64,000 bases of DNA from an uncultured Hyphomicrobiales bacterium. Its GTDB lineage: Bacteria > Bacteroidota > Ignavibacteria > Kapaibacteriales > UBA2268. Both the position numbers and the translations under genes were made by a program. Of this stretch, positions 1 through 9,175 are shown piece after piece; position 1 is the stretch's first letter, and every line of letters starts with the position of its first letter. The stretch lies in assembly GCA_964454975.1 (NCBI GenBank), contig CAYVVD010000001.1, forward strand, positions 131,658-195,657, in the 5' to 3' direction. A model generated the notes under the pieces. That model was not told the DNA's origin. It saw only the letters and a list, made by a program, of their open reading frames with translations, and made no database searches.

Positions 1-506
1 TTGCAGCCGTTATTGGGCTATCCGGATGGGTTAACAAAATGTCAGCCTCCACAGCTACTATTGTGTTCCTTGTATATTCCGGGTTGACAGGGCTTACATT
101 TTCCGTGATTTTTCTGGCATACACCAGTACAAGTATTTTTAATACTTTCATTACTACAGCCGGCACTTTTGGTGCCCTGAGCCTTTTTGGGTTTGTCACC
201 AAGAAAGACCTTTCGGGTATCGGAAGTTTTCTTTATATGGGCTTATTCGGAATTATAATAGCCTCAGTTGTTAATTGGTTTATGGGTAGTTCAGCGTTGC
301 ATTTTGTGATATCAGCTGCCGGTGTGCTCATTTTTTCCGGTTTGACAGCATACGATACTCAGAAGATTAAGGAAATGTATGTTTTAATGCAGGAATCTGA
401 TGAAATTGCCACAAAAGGTGCAATTATCGGAGCATTAAGACTTTACCTGGACTTCATTAACCTGTTCCTGATGTTATTAAGATTTATGGGTGGAAGCAGG
501 GACTGA
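1..506 (+). CDS. Bax inhibitor-1/YccA family inner-membrane protein, 5'-partial (reading frame is open to the window start)
   Basis: Multi-TM hydrophobic protein with BI-1/YccA-like C-terminal helices. There is no stop codon upstream of the annotated Met in the same frame. Confidence 0.55.
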   Translation, partial: AAVIGLSGWVNKMSASTATIVFLVYSGLTGLTFSVIFLAYTSTSIFNTFITTAGTFGALSLFGFVTKKDLSGIGSFLYMGLFGIIIASVVNWFMGSSALHFVISAAGVLIFSGLTAYDTQKIKEMYVLMQESDEIATKGAIIGALRLYLDFINLFLMLLRFMGGSRD

Positions 507-1258
507 TGAACGATATTTCTCCACTATTTGCTATTGAAGCTGATGGACTGCTTTGTTCAGGAGAACCGGAAAAAGCTGTTGAACTTTGTAAAAACGGGCT
601 CGATTTTTACCCCGACTATAAAGCAGGTTTAATTGTCCTCGCAAGAGCTTATTTTATTACTGGTAATTTTGAAAAAGCAAAAGAGATTTTAGATGATAAT
701 TTAATCAACATTGAGCTGGAATCTTTCAAAAATGAGGCGTCTTCCTCTGATGAAATAGAATTAGAGACTGAAACTGATGAATCCCGGGATATAGAAAGCG
801 AAGCTATACCAAAAGAAAAACAGGACTATAGCATAATTCCTGACTCATCCGATAATTCTCTTATCCCCGGGCTTGACCCAATCACTTTAAGCAGTAGTAT
901 CCGGATTCCTAAAAGAAGAACATCGAGGTTTGAAGATATTAACTATCCTCATTTTGATTTAAGTGAATATGGTGTTGAAGAGAAAACTACTGACATTAAA
1001 ACACTTGTTAACAAGGCAATTTCTCAGGATATAAGGCCAGAGGAAATAAAAGATAAATTCAGTGAGCTAATTGAAGTTGAAGAATCAAAAAAGACAGAAC
1101 CTGTAAGAAGGGAGTATACCGAAACGCTCGCAAACATTCTCGAATTACAGGGAGCATTTGCAGAAGCCCTTGAAGCATATGAATACCTCCACGACACAAA
1201 TCCAACACGTTCTGATTTTTACAGGCTCAAGATACTGAGCCTGAAATCCAAGATTTAA
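506..1258 (+). CDS. TPR-like repeat protein with an acidic low-complexity central region
   Basis: TPR-like helices at the N- and C-termini (YFITGNFEKAKEIL; ALEAYEYLHDTNP) flank a D/E/S-rich linker. Confidence 0.4.
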   Translation: MNDISPLFAIEADGLLCSGEPEKAVELCKNGLDFYPDYKAGLIVLARAYFITGNFEKAKEILDDNLINIELESFKNEASSSDEIELETETDESRDIESEAIPKEKQDYSIIPDSSDNSLIPGLDPITLSSSIRIPKRRTSRFEDINYPHFDLSEYGVEEKTTDIKTLVNKAISQDIRPEEIKDKFSELIEVEESKKTEPVRREYTETLANILELQGAFAEALEAYEYLHDTNPTRSDFYRLKILSLKSKI

Positions 1259-1272
1259 AAAAGAAAATTACC

Positions 1273-2325
1273 TTAATTTGCGTGACCATTTCCTTTTTGC
1301 CAGGGATGCTCACCCCGCAGAAACATCTCACATTCAAGTACATTTTCTTTGCTGCCAATGAAAAGAGGTGTGCGTTCGTGAATTGACTTAGGTTTTTTCT
1401 CGAGAATTCTCACATTTCCGTCGGTTGCTCTGCCGCCTGCTTGTTCAACAAGGAATGCCCATGCATTAGCTTCGTAAACTAATCGTAACTTACCGTTGGG
1501 CTGTTCCTTTTTGCCGGGATATAAATAAATACCACCATAGTGCAAAGTCCTGTGAATATCTGCAACTCCTGAAGCAACATATCTTTGAGTAAATGGCCGT
1601 AACTTGTCCTCGGACGGTATTTTTATATAGTCCATGTATTGCTGGAAGTTTTTATCCCAACTATGGTAATAACCCTCATTAGTACTATAATAAGATGACT
1701 TCTTTGGCATTTGAATGTCCTCGAAGGTCAGAAGGAATTCGCCAAGAGTGGGGTCGTATGTAAATGCATTTACACCATTACCTGTAGTATAAACCAGGAG
1801 TGTGCTGCTTCCATAAAGTGCATATCCGGCAGCCTCCTGTTTATAACCCGGTTGAAGAACATCCTCCAGTGTTGCAGGGCCCTCAGCATTGGTGTCAATG
1901 CGTTTGTATAACGAGAAAATGGTCCCAATTGTAATGTTAATGTCGATATTCGACGAGCCGTCAAGAGGGTCAAATACCAGGATGTACTTCGCAGGTTTGT
2001 TCTTGGGCTGTACATGAATCAACTCATCCTCTTCCTCGGAAGCCATCACGCATATATTGCCACCCTGGCTCATAGTCCTTTTTATTGTATCATTGGCGTA
2101 TTCGTCGAGTTTCCTTACATTTTCGCCATGAATATTAATGTTTTCAGTAAGGCCAAGAATATCATTCAACCCGGCACGACGAACTTCGCGAGTTAGAATC
2201 CTGATTGCGAAAGTGAAGTTGTGAAGAATTGCAGAAAACTCACCGGTTGCCTGCGGGTGTAAATCTTCTTCCTGGTCAATATACCTTTCCAGCGTTATTA
2301 ATCGCGATGTTTTAAGAGCCGCCAT
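1273..2325 (-). CDS. fbp: fructose-1,6-bisphosphatase class I
   Basis: Full-length similarity to class I FBPase by eye (ITLERYI..., metal-binding DPLDGSSN, GYALYGSST motifs). Confidence 0.85.
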   Translation of the reverse strand: MAALKTSRLITLERYIDQEEDLHPQATGEFSAILHNFTFAIRILTREVRRAGLNDILGLTENINIHGENVRKLDEYANDTIKRTMSQGGNICVMASEEEDELIHVQPKNKPAKYILVFDPLDGSSNIDINITIGTIFSLYKRIDTNAEGPATLEDVLQPGYKQEAAGYALYGSSTLLVYTTGNGVNAFTYDPTLGEFLLTFEDIQMPKKSSYYSTNEGYYHSWDKNFQQYMDYIKIPSEDKLRPFTQRYVASGVADIHRTLHYGGIYLYPGKKEQPNGKLRLVYEANAWAFLVEQAGGRATDGNVRILEKKPKSIHERTPLFIGSKENVLECEMFLRGEHPWQKGNGHAN

Positions 2326-2345
2326 AATTTTCCTTTAGTTTAGCA

Positions 2346-2798
2346 TTACTGCATTCTGACCGACAAAACAGGGCAAGATGCCCTGCGAAGCACTTTTTCG
2401 GTTGTACTGCCAAATAGCATATGCTGGAATCCACTTCTTCCATGAGTCGCAATGCAGATTAAGTCCATGCAATATTCTTTTGCATAACCCACAATTTGGT
2501 CGGATGCTCTGCCAATCAGAATAGCTGTTTCGTATTTTACATTTTTATCAGAAATTTCATTCTCAAGTTTTTCAAGTTCAATCCGGGCATTCTTTTCCAA
2601 TTCTTTCTCGAGGTCAACCATACTAATTTGAGAAAATCCCAAGTCTGCAGGGACTACCGATGGCTCAATCGAATGGACTATGTGCAATTCACTTTTCATC
2701 ATTGAAGCCAGTTCGAGCGAATAATCAAATGCGTGTCTGAATCCTTCAGAGAAATCGGTAGGTGCCAGTATTTTCTCGAATTTTATCATTATGCCCAT
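2346..2798 (-). CDS. universal stress protein (UspA family)
   Basis: 150-aa Usp fold with the ATP-binding C-terminal motif (GSRGFQHMLFGSTTEKVLRRASCPVLSV). Confidence 0.7.
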   Translation of the reverse strand: MGIMIKFEKILAPTDFSEGFRHAFDYSLELASMMKSELHIVHSIEPSVVPADLGFSQISMVDLEKELEKNARIELEKLENEISDKNVKYETAILIGRASDQIVGYAKEYCMDLICIATHGRSGFQHMLFGSTTEKVLRRASCPVLSVRMQ

Positions 2799-2837
2799 AA
2801 CATGTTAAGATTAAAATACTTAAGCTATGCCTAAATA

Positions 2838-2866
2838 CAAAGAAAAAAGGCGGCTGAGCCGCCTTC
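2838..2866 (-). terminator. rho-independent terminator immediately downstream of the Mor-like gene (minus strand)
   Basis: GC stem aaggcggc-tga-gccgcctt followed by a T-run when read on the minus strand. Confidence 0.5.
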
Positions 2867-2867
2867 G

Positions 2868-3131
2868 TTAATTAATTTTCTTCCTGAAAGATTTCAGGAA
2901 CTGTTCGGACACTTTCAATTCCTGCGCAAGCTGTTTAATAGTTTTGTCTTTGTGCTGCTTCATGTATCGTATGATGAAAGTATCCAACCGCGATATTTTG
3001 GGTACATAGAAACTCATGCCGCTATAGTGCCTCAGAAGTTGTCTTACTGCCTCGATGCCGCAAATTGATGAAATTAACTGCAGATCCTCTGTCAGTTCGT
3101 TTTCGCTGATTGCTTCATAAATGTCTTTCAT
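2868..3131 (-). CDS. Mor-family transcriptional activator-like small protein
   Basis: 87 aa. The motif ...GIEAVRQLLRHYSGMSFYVPK... matches the Mor family hallmark (GG-x-xYIPK) with a C-terminal HTH. Confidence 0.5.
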   Translation of the reverse strand: MKDIYEAISENELTEDLQLISSICGIEAVRQLLRHYSGMSFYVPKISRLDTFIIRYMKQHKDKTIKQLAQELKVSEQFLKSFRKKIN

Positions 3132-3150
3132 GTTCTCCTCAGAATTTTGT

Positions 3151-3360
3151 TTATAAATCAGTGTGAAAATTATTATCGAGATAATCGTTGACTATGAATT
3201 TCAGGTCGTCAAGTAAATCGGTATCTAACTTTTTTGTTGACTTGATCGCTTCTATTGTTTCGTTTAGTATTGCTGTACATAGAGAAATATTCTCCAGCTC
3301 TTTGTAATCCCCTGAATTCAGCATATCCAGGGTTTCTCTGATTTTGTTCTTTCCTTCCAT
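3151..3360 (-). CDS. small hypothetical protein, co-oriented with the Mor-like gene
   Basis: 69-aa ORF. It is first in a minus-strand pair that diverges from the HTH/S24 pair. No recognisable domain. Confidence 0.3.
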   Translation of the reverse strand: MEGKNKIRETLDMLNSGDYKELENISLCTAILNETIEAIKSTKKLDTDLLDDLKFIVNDYLDNNFHTDL

Positions 3361-3498
3361 GTTAAAGCCTTTAATTTGTTTTATGTTTAATTATTGCTTA
3401 TATTAAAAGCAATAACAACTGAATATATATATATATAACGCTGCAATAATATGTAATAAATACACAAGAGGCAAAAAAAATATTGTGAAAAGATTTAA
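3361..3498. promoter_or_regulatory. AT-rich divergent promoter region containing a (TA)7 simple repeat at 3424-3437
   Basis: 138-bp intergenic region between divergently transcribed gene pairs. A perfect atatatatatatat tract is visible. Confidence 0.4.
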
Positions 3499-3888
3499 AT
3501 GATAGATAGATTAAACATAGAGATTGGGGAGCGACTTAAAGAAATCCGTGGAATAATCAACGAAGGAGGCTGGCTCTCTTCTAACCAGCTTGCATACCTT
3601 CTCGGTATTAGTGGTGATGTAATTCGAAATATCGAATCCGGCAGGACTTCTATACCTGCCAAAGTGCTTGCAGATCTTTACAGGCGAGGTATAAACCCGG
3701 TTTACATTATTTCAGGAGAGGGTTCAATTTTTGCGGATAACAGCAGGGGAAAGGAATTATACCAAATTATTACCAGCAAGGAAAAATCTGAAGAATCAAT
3801 TATTATCCGTAAAGTAGCGGAAGGTTCAGGTGGGGAAAATTACTACCGCGTGGCTGCAGGTAAATTCAGGAAAAAAGATGCAAAGTGA
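3499..3888 (+). CDS. XRE-family helix-turn-helix DNA-binding protein
   Basis: HTH_XRE signature (SSNQLAYLLGISGDVIRNIESGRTSIPAKVLADLY). Confidence 0.7.
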   Translation: MIDRLNIEIGERLKEIRGIINEGGWLSSNQLAYLLGISGDVIRNIESGRTSIPAKVLADLYRRGINPVYIISGEGSIFADNSRGKELYQIITSKEKSEESIIIRKVAEGSGGENYYRVAAGKFRKKDAK

Positions 3889-4522
3889 TTTCATAAGCAG
3901 GATTAAATCGGCTTCTAATTACGATCTTTATAAACTTGCAAAAAGCCTGTTAATCAGGGAGATGCTTGGTGAAAAACAACTAAAGGAAAGAATTGAATTA
4001 GTTTATGAAGAAAGTATCCTCCGCGATAAGGCTATATTCGGACGCGCTTTGGAAGACGCAATTAACATTTCAAACTCACTGAACTTCCCGGGTACTGAGA
4101 CGAGAATAACTCAAATCCAACCGCTTGGCTTGATTAATAGAGATGAGACAGCCTCACTCTTGTCTACACTTAGCATGAAGGATGCCGGATTGCAATATGA
4201 CGGCAATGTAGTTCCGGAAATTAACCCGGAAATTAATATTGACAGTGACGAACTCGAAGTGTGCGAGGTAAGTGGCGATTCAATGATTGGGGCAAGGATA
4301 CACGATGGCGACAAACTACTTGTAAATAAAAATCTAACACCCATTGACGGGGATATAATTGTAGCAAAAGTGGACGGTGCATTATTTGTGAAGCGTTATA
4401 AAATAATCAATGGAACAAGATGGCTATTCCCTGAAAATGAAGATTATGATGCATTAAAACTGGGGCAGGGCATTGACTATGAGTTCTATGGTGTTGTGAA
4501 GCACGTATTTTTCAGTGTGTGA
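3878..4522 (+). CDS. S24 (LexA/UmuD/CI-like) peptidase-domain protein with an N-terminal domain of unknown function
   Basis: C-terminal S24 fold with Ser (VSGDSM) and Lys (VAKVDGALFVKRY) dyad residues. The ATG at 3878 is preceded by AGGA. It overlaps the end of the HTH gene by 11 bp. The ORF-track start at 3830 is GTG. Confidence 0.65.
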   Translation: MQSDFISRIKSASNYDLYKLAKSLLIREMLGEKQLKERIELVYEESILRDKAIFGRALEDAINISNSLNFPGTETRITQIQPLGLINRDETASLLSTLSMKDAGLQYDGNVVPEINPEINIDSDELEVCEVSGDSMIGARIHDGDKLLVNKNLTPIDGDIIVAKVDGALFVKRYKIINGTRWLFPENEDYDALKLGQGIDYEFYGVVKHVFFSV

Positions 4523-4557
4523 GGAATTCTCTGTACCAGGTACTATGTAATAATATT

Positions 4558-5382
4558 CTATTGGGTTAGCAAATCATTGCTTTTGTAAATGCTCAGGGTA
4601 TTAATATCCATTGCCGAAATGCGCCTGCCTCCTATGAATCGTTTCTTGTAATATGTACTTTCAAGTGATGAAACAGTAACGCCATAGCGGGAACTTGCAT
4701 GAGCAAATAAATCATCTCCAAGAAAGATGCCTACATGAGAAGCATATTGACGGTTGTAGGTATGGAAGAATATCATATCACCAAACTGGAGGTGATCTCT
4801 TTCAATTTCGTTGCCAACTTTAATTTGTTCACGTGCAGTACGAGGGAGCATAATATTGCTGGTTTCGAGAAAAACAGCACGAACAAATGCCGAACAGTCA
4901 ATTGCTTTTTCTGTTGTGCCACCGAAGCGATATGGTGTTCCAAGCCAATCGAGGATAGTTTCCATCAACTCAGATTTCTTGAACCCGGATTCTGTAAATT
5001 CTTCATCCTCACCTTCGGAAACATATGCAAGCCAGAGCATGTTGAAGGTTTCTATGTCAACTTCAACGTCGTCTTCGGCAATTAATTCTTCAATGTCTTC
5101 TCCTGCTTCACCTTCAATTTCTTCATTGGTTGATAATTCTTCGGCTTCGGTCTGATTCATATATTGGTTTTTCAGGCTGTCGTTAAGAGACGGTTCAAGG
5201 CCGGCAATCTGGCTGACTTCCTCAGAGGAAGAGCGGATTAATTCAAGCGCTTCCTGCTTTGTTTTTTCAGGGTTATAGTAGCGTCTTTGCCGGGCATCGG
5301 CATCGAACACCTGTGTCAGGAAAATTACTGCTACTAATACCGAAATTAGTAAGTTCCCAGCGAACCTCTTTGTTTTAATCAT
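4558..5382 (-). CDS. NlpC/P60 family cell-wall peptidase (secreted or lipoprotein)
   Basis: N-terminal signal peptide and an acidic linker. The C-terminal NlpC/P60 domain carries the Cys (DCSAFV) and His (HVGIFLG) motifs. Confidence 0.7.
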   Translation of the reverse strand: MIKTKRFAGNLLISVLVAVIFLTQVFDADARQRRYYNPEKTKQEALELIRSSSEEVSQIAGLEPSLNDSLKNQYMNQTEAEELSTNEEIEGEAGEDIEELIAEDDVEVDIETFNMLWLAYVSEGEDEEFTESGFKKSELMETILDWLGTPYRFGGTTEKAIDCSAFVRAVFLETSNIMLPRTAREQIKVGNEIERDHLQFGDMIFFHTYNRQYASHVGIFLGDDLFAHASSRYGVTVSSLESTYYKKRFIGGRRISAMDINTLSIYKSNDLLTQ

Positions 5383-5596
5383 AACGCCTTGTTGATTTGT
5401 TCTTGTTTCCCAAAACCCTGCGTAAACACATAAGTATAATCTGTGTAATAATTTGCACAGATTCAGATATGCAATTAACGAAATTTTCTCAAGGAATAAA
5501 ATTAAAAATCACTTTTTCATTAATATTCATTCATTGTGGGTTTATTAATTTTAAAGTTGTAATTTATTTTATTTCATTGATTTATTATTCAGAGAA

Positions 5597-6397
5597 ATGA
5601 GTATTAGTTTATCAGTAGTACAGTTCAAACCTGGGCTTGAAAAATCTAAGGAAAATTTTGAATTTATTAATAGAAAGTCAAAGGATATTGATGCAGATAT
5701 AATTGTATTCCCGGAATTATCTACTTCCGGGTATTTATATACTTCGACCGAATCGTTGGTAAAACATGCAATGCCGTTTAATGATGAACGAATATCTGAA
5801 ATTCAATTTGTCTCCACAGAACTTAATAAGATAATTATATTTGGTTTTCCTGAAATTGAATCCGGAAAATTTTACAATTCAGCTGCGATATTGTTCCCTG
5901 AATCGTCGTTTAGCACGGTTTACAGGAAAATACATTTGTTCTACAAGGAGTCGCTTGTTTTTGAACAGGGAAATAAACCATTCAGCGTAATAAATTATAA
6001 ACCTATGGATATTAACATCGGCACAATGATTTGCTATGACTGGCGTTTCCCTGAAGCAGCCCGTTCGCTGGGTTTACAAGGAGCTGATTTGATTGTATGC
6101 CCCTCTAATCTGGTTACAAATGTATGGCATATTGCTATGCCTGCACGGGCACTGGAGAATAAGGTTTACCTTGCAGTAGCTAACAGGACTGGGGACGAAG
6201 AAAGGGGAGAAGAGAAGTTGCATTTTAACGGAAAATCCGCTATTTATGGATACAATGGAGAAGAAGTAGCGATTGCCACTGAGAGCAGCGAAGAGATAAT
6301 CACTTTTGAGATTGAACCGGAGAAAACAAGAGACAAAAGCTTTAATGAGTTTAATAATATTTTCAGGGACCGGCGTCCCGGGTTATATAATATCTAA
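5597..6397 (+). CDS. carbon-nitrogen hydrolase (nitrilase superfamily amidohydrolase)
   Basis: E-K-C triad context (FPELSTSGY; RKIHLF; GTMICYDWRFPE). Confidence 0.75.
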   Translation: MSISLSVVQFKPGLEKSKENFEFINRKSKDIDADIIVFPELSTSGYLYTSTESLVKHAMPFNDERISEIQFVSTELNKIIIFGFPEIESGKFYNSAAILFPESSFSTVYRKIHLFYKESLVFEQGNKPFSVINYKPMDINIGTMICYDWRFPEAARSLGLQGADLIVCPSNLVTNVWHIAMPARALENKVYLAVANRTGDEERGEEKLHFNGKSAIYGYNGEEVAIATESSEEIITFEIEPEKTRDKSFNEFNNIFRDRRPGLYNI

Positions 6398-6406
6398 AGG
6401 ATCGAA

Positions 6407-6799
6407 ATGAAGACATCCTCACTTACAAAATTATCAATTAAAAACGCTGAGTTTTATGCATACCATGGTGTGAAAAAAGAGGAACAAAAGCTTGGAGGTA
6501 AATATCAGGTTGATTTAGACTTGTGGTATGATGCACGTAACGCCATTGTAAAGGATGATGTGGCTCATGCGTTGAATTATGAAGAAGCAATGTATTGTAT
6601 AGCCGAAGTTATCAGCTCTGAATCGTTGCGCCTGGTTGAAACACTTGCTAATGAAATCTTAAACATGGTTATGGAACGTTTCAGGCTTTTACATAAAGCC
6701 AGGGTCAGGATTAGAAAATTAAGCGTACCTATTAAACGAATCGTTGATTGCATAGAAGTAGAGCAGACAATGGAAAGAACCGCCAGTGATGAAAACTGA
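6407..6799 (+). CDS. folB: dihydroneopterin aldolase
   Basis: FolB fold motifs (EFYAYHGV..EEQ..G..Y.VDL). Confidence 0.8.
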   Translation: MKTSSLTKLSIKNAEFYAYHGVKKEEQKLGGKYQVDLDLWYDARNAIVKDDVAHALNYEEAMYCIAEVISSESLRLVETLANEILNMVMERFRLLHKARVRIRKLSVPIKRIVDCIEVEQTMERTASDEN

Positions 6800-7304
6800 T
6801 ATCCATGAAGTTCTGCTTTCCATGGGTTCAAATATTGGGAATCGCTACAAACTTCTTAATGATGCTGTAAATGAACTGGCGAATTCGGGTGTAATAAGTG
6901 ATATAAAAATTTCATCTGTTTTTGAAACCGAGCCTTATGGTCCTAAGAATCAGCCCTGGTTTCTGAACATGGCTATAAGCGGAAAAACTGAATTTCCGCC
7001 ATTTCGGCTTATTTGCATTTTAAAAAGTCTTGAATATTTGCTGGGGAGAAGACCCAGGGCAAAATGGCATGAAAGGGAAGTGGATATAGATATTTTGTTC
7101 TTTGATGCAGATATAATTGAATCAAAATCTCTTAAAATACCACACCCTGATTTAAAAAACAGGCGTTTTGTTTTGCTCCCTGCATCCGAGATTGCCGGTA
7201 GTTGGAAAAGCCCTTTGAATGGTGAAAGCATTATTGATATGCTGGAAAACTGCGAGGATGAGACATTGATAGTAAAATCAAAACGAAAAATTGAAATAAA
7301 ATGA
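6786..7304 (+). CDS. folK: 2-amino-4-hydroxy-6-hydroxymethyldihydropteridine pyrophosphokinase
   Basis: HPPK motifs (LSMGSNIGN; ETEPYGP; DIDILFFD; RRFVLLP). Overlaps folB by 14 bp. Confidence 0.8.
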   Translation: MMKTDIHEVLLSMGSNIGNRYKLLNDAVNELANSGVISDIKISSVFETEPYGPKNQPWFLNMAISGKTEFPPFRLICILKSLEYLLGRRPRAKWHEREVDIDILFFDADIIESKSLKIPHPDLKNRRFVLLPASEIAGSWKSPLNGESIIDMLENCEDETLIVKSKRKIEIK

Positions 7305-9175
7305 TTCCGGAAGAAATAGTTGAGCAAATTAAGTCTGAATCTGACATTGTCGGGATCATAGGGGAAGACGTAAATCTTATTCAGAGAGGGAGGAATTTTG
7401 TTGGGCTCTGTCCATTCCACAATGAGAAAACTCCTTCATTTACCGTGACTCCCGAGAAGAATATTTACAAATGTTTTGGTTGTGGAAAAGCAGGAAATGC
7501 CATTACTTTCTCAATGGAATTTCGCGGCCTTACCTATCCTGAAGCATTGAGGTATGTTGCCTCCAAGTCCGGTATTCATATCCCTGAGAATTTAACAAAG
7601 GGCGAAAAACAGAAACAGGGAAAAAAAGAGCAAGCATTTGAAGCTGCTGAACTTGCCTCCGAATTCTTTCATAAGCTATTATTTGAAAAGCCAGGGAAGC
7701 ATGCACTTGATTATTTTCTTGGCAGAGGTTTTAGCAGTGAATCCATAACTAAGTTCAGGCTTGGCTTTGCACCTGATTCCTGGGATGCTACTGGTAAATA
7801 TCTTAAGAAGAAAAATATAAGCGAAGAAGCCATTAATAATGCAGGCCTGTTGGTTGAAAAAGATTCAGGTGGCTTTTATGACCGTTTTCGTGGAAGGGCA
7901 ATATTTCCGGTAAGAGACTTCTTGGGCAGGGTAATTGCATTTGGAGCAAGAATTCTTTCAGAGGAAAATAATCAACCAAAATATATTAACTCACCCCAAT
8001 GTCTTATTTATGACAAAAGCAAAGTGTTATATGGCCTGTACGAAGCTAAACAGGAAATCAGAAAACAGAACGGTGCCCTGTTGACAGAGGGCTATTCTGA
8101 TGTAATTAGCCTCCATCAGGCCGGATTTGAAAATGCAATTGCTTCAAGCGGCACTTCACTTACAAATGAGCAGCTACATCTATTATACAGATACACAAAG
8201 ACGATATTTTTGGTTTATGACAGCGACAACGCCGGTTTAAAAGCGGCTGAAAGAGCAATTGAGCTGGCACTTCCATTTGGCTTTTCGGTCAGGGTTGTAA
8301 AACTTGAAAAAGGTGAAGACCCCGATAGCATTATTAAAAAAGGGGGGAAGAGCAGCTTCGATTTTTATCTAAGAGGTGCTGGTGATTTCGTAAAGTTTGT
8401 AGTCGGAAACAGGGAAGAATCAAAGGACTTCGAAAGGCCGGAATACCGCTCAAAATTAATGTCTTACCTTGTCAGGCTTGTTAAATCTATCCCTGAACGT
8501 CTTCAGCATGATTTTTATATTGAGGCGATAAACAACAGGCTTGGATTAAATGCCAGACAAATCGAGGAAATTTACCGCGAGAAAGGCAAACCGGATAATA
8601 AATCAAGATCAAACTCAGGCAACAACGGTTCTACAATTGAATTTCATGATTTGACTGAGAGCGATACTTCTACAAAATTAAAAGAAATCAGGGAGAGAAT
8701 TGCAAACTTAGGTGGTGCTGAAAGGGAAATTTTTAAAATGGCTGTTCAAAGTCAGGCCGATTTTATGAAATTGAGGAAAGAATACAATATTGGTCCTGAA
8801 GATATGACAAGCGCCGATGGTTCACGCATTATGGGAATCATTAGCGAAATTGCTGATGAAGGAAAAGATATACTGGATGCTTCAATTACCGGAAATATGC
8901 CCGAATCATTTAAATTGATTCTTACTGAATTTGCTTTTGAAGGTGATTCACCTTCAGCAAAATGGACGGAATTCACTGGTGAGAGGGAACCTCTTGATAA
9001 AAAGCGCCTGTTTAAAGATATTGCGGGAAAGTTACGGCTTGCCCAACTTGAACGGGAAAGAAATAAATTACTTAATTTAATGAAATCCGAAAAGGGCAGT
9101 GTTAAAGAAATTCAAATGAGAATTGTACAGATTGATAATGAAAGAAACTCTATAATTGCAGACTCTGAGCGATGA
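7301..9175 (+). CDS. dnaG: DNA primase
   Basis: Zn-ribbon CPFHNEKTPSF...CFGCG, TOPRIM (EGYSDVISL...DSDNAG) and a C-terminal helicase-interaction domain. Confidence 0.9.
   Translation: MIPEEIVEQIKSESDIVGIIGEDVNLIQRGRNFVGLCPFHNEKTPSFTVTPEKNIYKCFGCGKAGNAITFSMEFRGLTYPEALRYVASKSGIHIPENLTKGEKQKQGKKEQAFEAAELASEFFHKLLFEKPGKHALDYFLGRGFSSESITKFRLGFAPDSWDATGKYLKKKNISEEAINNAGLLVEKDSGGFYDRFRGRAIFPVRDFLGRVIAFGARILSEENNQPKYINSPQCLIYDKSKVLYGLYEAKQEIRKQNGALLTEGYSDVISLHQAGFENAIASSGTSLTNEQLHLLYRYTKTIFLVYDSDNAGLKAAERAIELALPFGFSVRVVKLEKGEDPDSIIKKGGKSSFDFYLRGAGDFVKFVVGNREESKDFERPEYRSKLMSYLVRLVKSIPERLQHDFYIEAINNRLGLNARQIEEIYREKGKPDNKSRSNSGNNGSTIEFHDLTESDTSTKLKEIRERIANLGGAEREIFKMAVQSQADFMKLRKEYNIGPEDMTSADGSRIMGIISEIADEGKDILDASITGNMPESFKLILTEFAFEGDSPSAKWTEFTGEREPLDKKRLFKDIAGKLRLAQLERERNKLLNLMKSEKGSVKEIQMRIVQIDNERNSIIADSER

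Noticed and set aside
4735-5155. Two overlapping ORFs (116 and 114 aa) antisense to the NlpC/P60 gene
   Set aside because: They are antisense and embedded in a well-supported CDS and have no domain signal. Many similar nested antisense ORFs occur (1711-2196, 11933-12430, 17244-17646, 17810-18283, 27068-29944, 33792-35237, 36991-38693, 38793-40241, 54899-55372). All were rejected on the same grounds.
2868-5382. Intact prophage at 2.9-5.4 kb
   Set aside because: Only regulatory genes (Mor-like, HTH, S24) and a cell-wall hydrolase are present. There is no integrase, terminase, capsid or tail gene, and housekeeping genes are on both sides. It is treated as a stand-alone switch module instead.
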